Source: an uncultured Pseudomonadota bacterium
GTDB lineage: Bacteria > Oederibacteriota > Muellerivitia > Muellerivitales > Muellerivitaceae
Direction: 5' to 3'
Length of the DNA: 64,000 nucleotides
NCBI GenBank assembly: GCA_963836235.1
Contig: CAWIIP010000002.1
Span: 1,280,001-1,344,000 of the forward strand
The position numbers and the translations under genes are program-made. Shown one piece after another: positions 60,154 to 64,000 of the stretch. Within the stretch, counting starts at the first letter, position 1. Each line of letters starts with the position of its first letter. The notes under the pieces were generated by a model that searched no databases, had not been told where the DNA came from, and saw only the letters and a program-made list of their open reading frames with translations.

Positions 60154-60291
60154 TCCCAATTTCCGGCCGAATTTAAACGAGGCAAGGATAACATGCCGGG
60201 CGGGTCCCTTTAATCGCAAATTCCGCCAGTAACCATTCTATTTTCCGGGAACAAATGGAATAAACACATGGTCGGTTGAAAGACTTCCGTT

Positions 60292-61710
60292 TTACCAATT
60301 CACATCCACCGCCGCGTCCCCGTCCAGGGCAACACGGCCCTCCAGACCATAGTCACTGACGAAAGCTTCTTCCATTTTTAACGAGGTGATGGTGGTGTGA
60401 AGTTTAGCGAATCTTCCCAAGGGCCTGTTCAGGACGGGGATTAGTTTGGCCCTTAAATCCTCCAGGCTCTTACCCACCGGTATGACGGCTTGTTTTCGCA
60501 ATTGCTCCCGGATGCCGGAACCAGCGATGAAATCGGCCATTTGAACGAGGAAGTCGCTGGTCTTGATGTCGAAATCCAAATCCGGAAAATCGATGACCTG
60601 TTCTTTCTCGTGGTAGGTGGGAGTGCCCAAAAGGTAGATGGTCAACTTGGCGGGTTGGGATGAAAGATTGAGCACCGGCTGGTAATTCACTTGCGCCTCC
60701 ACCACTAACTTTCCCCCCGAACCATAGACCCGGATGCCGGTGATCTCGAGATGATGGTCGCCGCTTCCCGGAAGGGCCTTGTTCAGGATTCCGGTTTTGG
60801 GATCGATAAGGAGCTTGTTGACCTCGTTGAAATGAATCTTCAAGTTGGTTTCAATATGGAAGCCCTCCGGGCCGGGCTGATAATCCTTGATAGGCGGTAG
60901 TTCGGATACTACCGGACGTGGCTTTTCCCCAATGTAAACGTTGGGCTGGGCGATCACCTCGAAAACCGTCTCCAACCGTGGCGAAAGGGGGTCAGGAATC
61001 AAATGGTAGGAACCCACACTCACCCGATCCGTCTTTATTTGGAGCCAAGTATCTTCAGCCATTTGGATGGGTTCCTGGATTTTTTCCCACATTTGTTTGG
61101 CTTTTTCCTTGAGGTCAGTGGCTTTTTTCAACGCCTCGTGGAATTTGGACGTCCCCTTGCGAAGAAGCTTGGTTCCTTTGGATTTATCCGTTTCTTCTTC
61201 CGGGGTGGCGGCTGTTTCAGTATCCGCTTTAGCCTCGGGTTCGGCAAAGTCGGGGGCCTCCAGGTGCCAGTCTTTGTTCCATTGAAGGACTGAGGCCAAA
61301 TCCACTTGGGCGTCTTTTTCGATTTTTTGGATGAGTGAGGCGTCCTTATCCGTGGGTTGGGAGCCGGTGGAATTTTTATAGTGGAGATGCATATGGGCGG
61401 TCAGGCTGTTGCCGTTGAATTCCCAACTCAGCGGGTCCCACCAAACAGTGGCGCCGAGGCTTTTCGTCAGGGATTTTTCCGCTTTGGCGAAGTCCGCCTT
61501 CACGAATTCGGCCAGGTGCTTTTCCACGGATGAAAGCTTGGGCAGGGAAACCACCACGGGAATGCGAAGCCGGGCGGGCGGAGGAGAGTTGAGGGTATGA
61601 AGAGGCGCGGGCCTCACCGGAACCATGAGCGACGATGTCGTGGCGCAGCCGGAGGCCAGGAAAGCCAGGGGAATAAGGAGAAAACCGACGAATCTCTTTC
61701 GCTTGTTCAT
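60292..61710 (-). CDS. DUF4403-like lipoprotein
   Basis: Lipobox ASGC and IYLLGTPTY..DLDFDIKT. Confidence 0.7.
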   Translation of the reverse strand: MNKRKRFVGFLLIPLAFLASGCATTSSLMVPVRPAPLHTLNSPPPARLRIPVVVSLPKLSSVEKHLAEFVKADFAKAEKSLTKSLGATVWWDPLSWEFNGNSLTAHMHLHYKNSTGSQPTDKDASLIQKIEKDAQVDLASVLQWNKDWHLEAPDFAEPEAKADTETAATPEEETDKSKGTKLLRKGTSKFHEALKKATDLKEKAKQMWEKIQEPIQMAEDTWLQIKTDRVSVGSYHLIPDPLSPRLETVFEVIAQPNVYIGEKPRPVVSELPPIKDYQPGPEGFHIETNLKIHFNEVNKLLIDPKTGILNKALPGSGDHHLEITGIRVYGSGGKLVVEAQVNYQPVLNLSSQPAKLTIYLLGTPTYHEKEQVIDFPDLDFDIKTSDFLVQMADFIAGSGIREQLRKQAVIPVGKSLEDLRAKLIPVLNRPLGRFAKLHTTITSLKMEEAFVSDYGLEGRVALDGDAAVDVNW

Positions 61711-61749
61711 GGACCCATCTTACTTTTGAAAGGAACTTATTTTCAAAAT

Positions 61750-62535
61750 CTATTTCTGAAGTTTTGATAATAATTGAAGGTCTAAGGGATCAAGTTTGAA
61801 ATCAAAAATCCCGATATTTTCCTTCAAATGTTTCACTCCCGACGCCTTGGGGATAGCCGCCACCCCTTTTTGCTGGACCAGCCATCGAAGGGCAACCTGG
61901 GCCGGGGTTTTCCCATATTTTTGAGAAACCTCCAATAGTTCCGGGCGGTTCAGGAAGACACCTTTCCCCAAGGGGGTATAGGCGCAAACGGAAACGCCTT
62001 GGGACCGGGCATAAGCCAGGAAGTCTTTCTTATTTTCCATGATGCTATAGGGAACTTGGTCACAGGCGATGGGAACCGTCGCCAGGGAAACCGCCTCTTT
62101 CAAAAGGGCCGCGGAAAAGTTACTGACGCCGATCGACAGGGTTTTTCCTTCCTGGGCCAATTGGCAGAGGACCTTCAAGGTTTCTTCCAGCGGCACGGCG
62201 GGGTTCGGCCAATGGATCAGCAGAAGGTCGACGGCGGAAAGCCCCAGGCGGCCCAGGGAAGCCTCCGCCGCCTTTTTAAAATCGGCGGCGCGGTGATGGT
62301 TGGTCCAAACCTTCGTGGTAATGAAAAGTTCCCTTCGGGGAACACCCGAAGCTTTGAGGGCCCCGCCGATTTCCGCCTCGTTTCCATACATCTCGGCGGT
62401 ATCGATGTGGCGGTAGCCCAAGTGAAGCGCTTCCTGGACGGCGGAGACGCAATCACTTCCCCGCAGGTCCCAGGTACCCAGGCCCAGTGCCGGCATCGTA
62501 CGGCCATTGGGAAGTTGGATTTGGATCATTTTCAT
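61750..62535 (-). CDS. Aldo/keto reductase
   Basis: LGLGTW, GYRHIDTAEMYGNE, LLIHWP, IGVSNF and IPKA. Confidence 0.95.
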   Translation of the reverse strand: MKMIQIQLPNGRTMPALGLGTWDLRGSDCVSAVQEALHLGYRHIDTAEMYGNEAEIGGALKASGVPRRELFITTKVWTNHHRAADFKKAAEASLGRLGLSAVDLLLIHWPNPAVPLEETLKVLCQLAQEGKTLSIGVSNFSAALLKEAVSLATVPIACDQVPYSIMENKKDFLAYARSQGVSVCAYTPLGKGVFLNRPELLEVSQKYGKTPAQVALRWLVQQKGVAAIPKASGVKHLKENIGIFDFKLDPLDLQLLSKLQK

Positions 62536-62751
62536 TTCCCCAGTTCCTTGAATTTAATGTAAGGGAGACAGGGATATTAACTTGGGGTCGGATGAAAATG
62601 CACCTCCCCAATAGGAGAGGCGCCCACTTTCCCGTGAAAGTCTTGGTTATTTCCTGGGAAAAACGCGACAAGGATAAAACTTTCGCTTTCATTGATTTGT
62701 CTTAAAATATCGTCGGCTGGAATCTTTGAAATTCGCTATGGGGGTCAGAAT

Positions 62752-63315
62752 ATGAAACGTCTTCTTCTTTTGTTGGGTCTCTTGTCTTTATTCAGCGCGG
62801 GTTGCGCGGGCTTAAGCCGCCAGTTGGAATTCACCGATACTTCCAGCCATGCCCTGGTATTCGGCTAACTGGATACCGAAAAATCCCCCTGTAATTTGAA
62901 CTATATCGAGTACAAGCAATTATCCCCCGCCATCGAAAAACCCTTTTATTACATGCGTATCGACGGCAAGGCCTTTTACCGGGAGGATTTTGTGACGCCC
63001 GGTTCTTTCCAATTGAATGAATACGGGGGAAGCCCCCGGTCCCTTTTCACCAACGTCTCCCAATATGACATGAAATTTCCTGATCAGGGCTACACCTTCA
63101 CCCTCAACCAAGCCGGGCGGATTTATTATATCGGTTCCTATAAGGTCATCCAAAAGGGGGATTTCTTCGCTTCAGACAGCTACCTGGAAAGATTGGATCA
63201 TCCCAACCAGTTGGAAGTACTGCAGATGATTCTTCCGGACGCTAAAGGGTCGCCATGGGAGCCGATTATTGAAAACGCGATTCGGATCCTTAGTACACGT
63301 CCTTCCGCTCCCTAA
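62752..63315 (+). pseudogene. Lipoprotein gene interrupted by an in-frame TAA at 62866-62868
   Basis: MKRLLLLLGLLSLFSAGC..ALVFG*LDTEKSPCNLNYIE is in frame with ORF 62896-63315. Confidence 0.7.
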
Positions 63316-63324
63316 ACGCCCATA

Positions 63325-64000
63325 TCACATCGGTAAAGTAAATCCGGCTTCGACGGGAACATAAGACAAGCTTCCCCCCGTGGTCGTGGTTTGGTTCGTG
63401 CCCGTATAGGGATTATAAGTGGTGCTGCTGTTGATGCCGCCGAAGACCAAGGATATTTTGGCCTGAATAAAAAAGGCGGCTTCCTCGCCCAAGGGAATGC
63501 TGACTCCTCCCCCGAACGCGAGCATGGGATCGAAGCCGAAAGAGCTGCCTGAAGAATAGCCGCTCCCACCCGTCGTCAGACCGATGAGGGCGTTTAAGCC
63601 GCCTCCCCCGAACAGGTAAGGCCGGATTCCCTTTTGGCCGAAGGAATATTTTCCAAGTAAAAGCCCTTCCGTGAAAAACTGCAGATTCGTGATATTGCCA
63701 TAAAGCGTTGGGTAGCTGGAACTAAAGAAATAAACGTTTGAACCCAGACCAATGGAAAAATTCCGACTGACGGGGAAATAATAAGTGGAACCCAGGCCGA
63801 AGCCAGTTTCTCCCCCATAAAAAGCGACTCCCAAATTGACATCCACCAAGTTGCGGTCATGGCTGTGACCGGCGGTCCAGGAATTGGATTCGGCGGGATT
63901 ATTGGGGTCGTTGGGAGCCGGAGCCGCCGTCTGGGTGTCGCCCGCTGTATAGGCGTTATTCGGGCTGGATAAAACATCCTGGGCGATGCCGGAAGCGTTG
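63325..64000 (-). CDS. Small outer-membrane beta-barrel protein (5' end outside the window)
   Basis: The frame is open to the window edge. IRPYLFGGGG and YVPVEAGFTL strands. Confidence 0.7.
   Translation of the reverse strand, partial: NASGIAQDVLSSPNNAYTAGDTQTAAPAPNDPNNPAESNSWTAGHSHDRNLVDVNLGVAFYGGETGFGLGSTYYFPVSRNFSIGLGSNVYFFSSSYPTLYGNITNLQFFTEGLLLGKYSFGQKGIRPYLFGGGGLNALIGLTTGGSGYSSGSSFGFDPMLAFGGGVSIPLGEEAAFFIQAKISLVFGGINSSTTYNPYTGTNQTTTTGGSLSYVPVEAGFTLPM

Noticed and set aside
62866-62868. Stop-codon recoding or selenocysteine
   Set aside because: The codon is TAA, which is used as a normal stop throughout the window.

Overview
A 64-kb, gene-dense stretch of a diderm bacterial chromosome with about 55 CDS, mostly on the - strand. 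I saw no rRNA, tRNA, CRISPR array, prophage or intact transposase. Thr/Pro-rich surface proteins and a T9SS-CTD/FlgD-Ig-like tail suggest an FCB-related candidate lineage (inference only). Recognisable modules are: a glucose dehydrogenase/debranching enzyme/glucosidase cluster, a degenerate MrpB-C-D block, a secreted serpin, a YciI-YciI-ECF42 locus, a giant multidomain S53 protease, a TolC-RND-ExbB-ExbD-TonB-TBDR run with no periplasmic adaptor, TetR/ECF regulators, a TPAT (TatT-DctP-DctQM) transporter, pncB-pncA, an ssuCBA-like ABC transporter and lipA. The best leads are: (1) a two-domain, eukaryote-like AdoMet-decarboxylase-fold protein with a single pyruvoyl site (54066-54881); (2) an intact but catalytically dead RAYT/IS200-type Y1 transposase homologue (47685-48002); (3) an intergenic cluster of Xer/dif-like repeats and perfect palindromes (19981-20135); (4) matching ECF-type promoters upstream of the serpin and small secreted proteins; (5) an Mrp module lacking several charged transport residues. 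Three single-base lesions (about 17310, about 22346, and 62866) may be sequencing errors. All family calls come from motif recognition by eye, not database searches.
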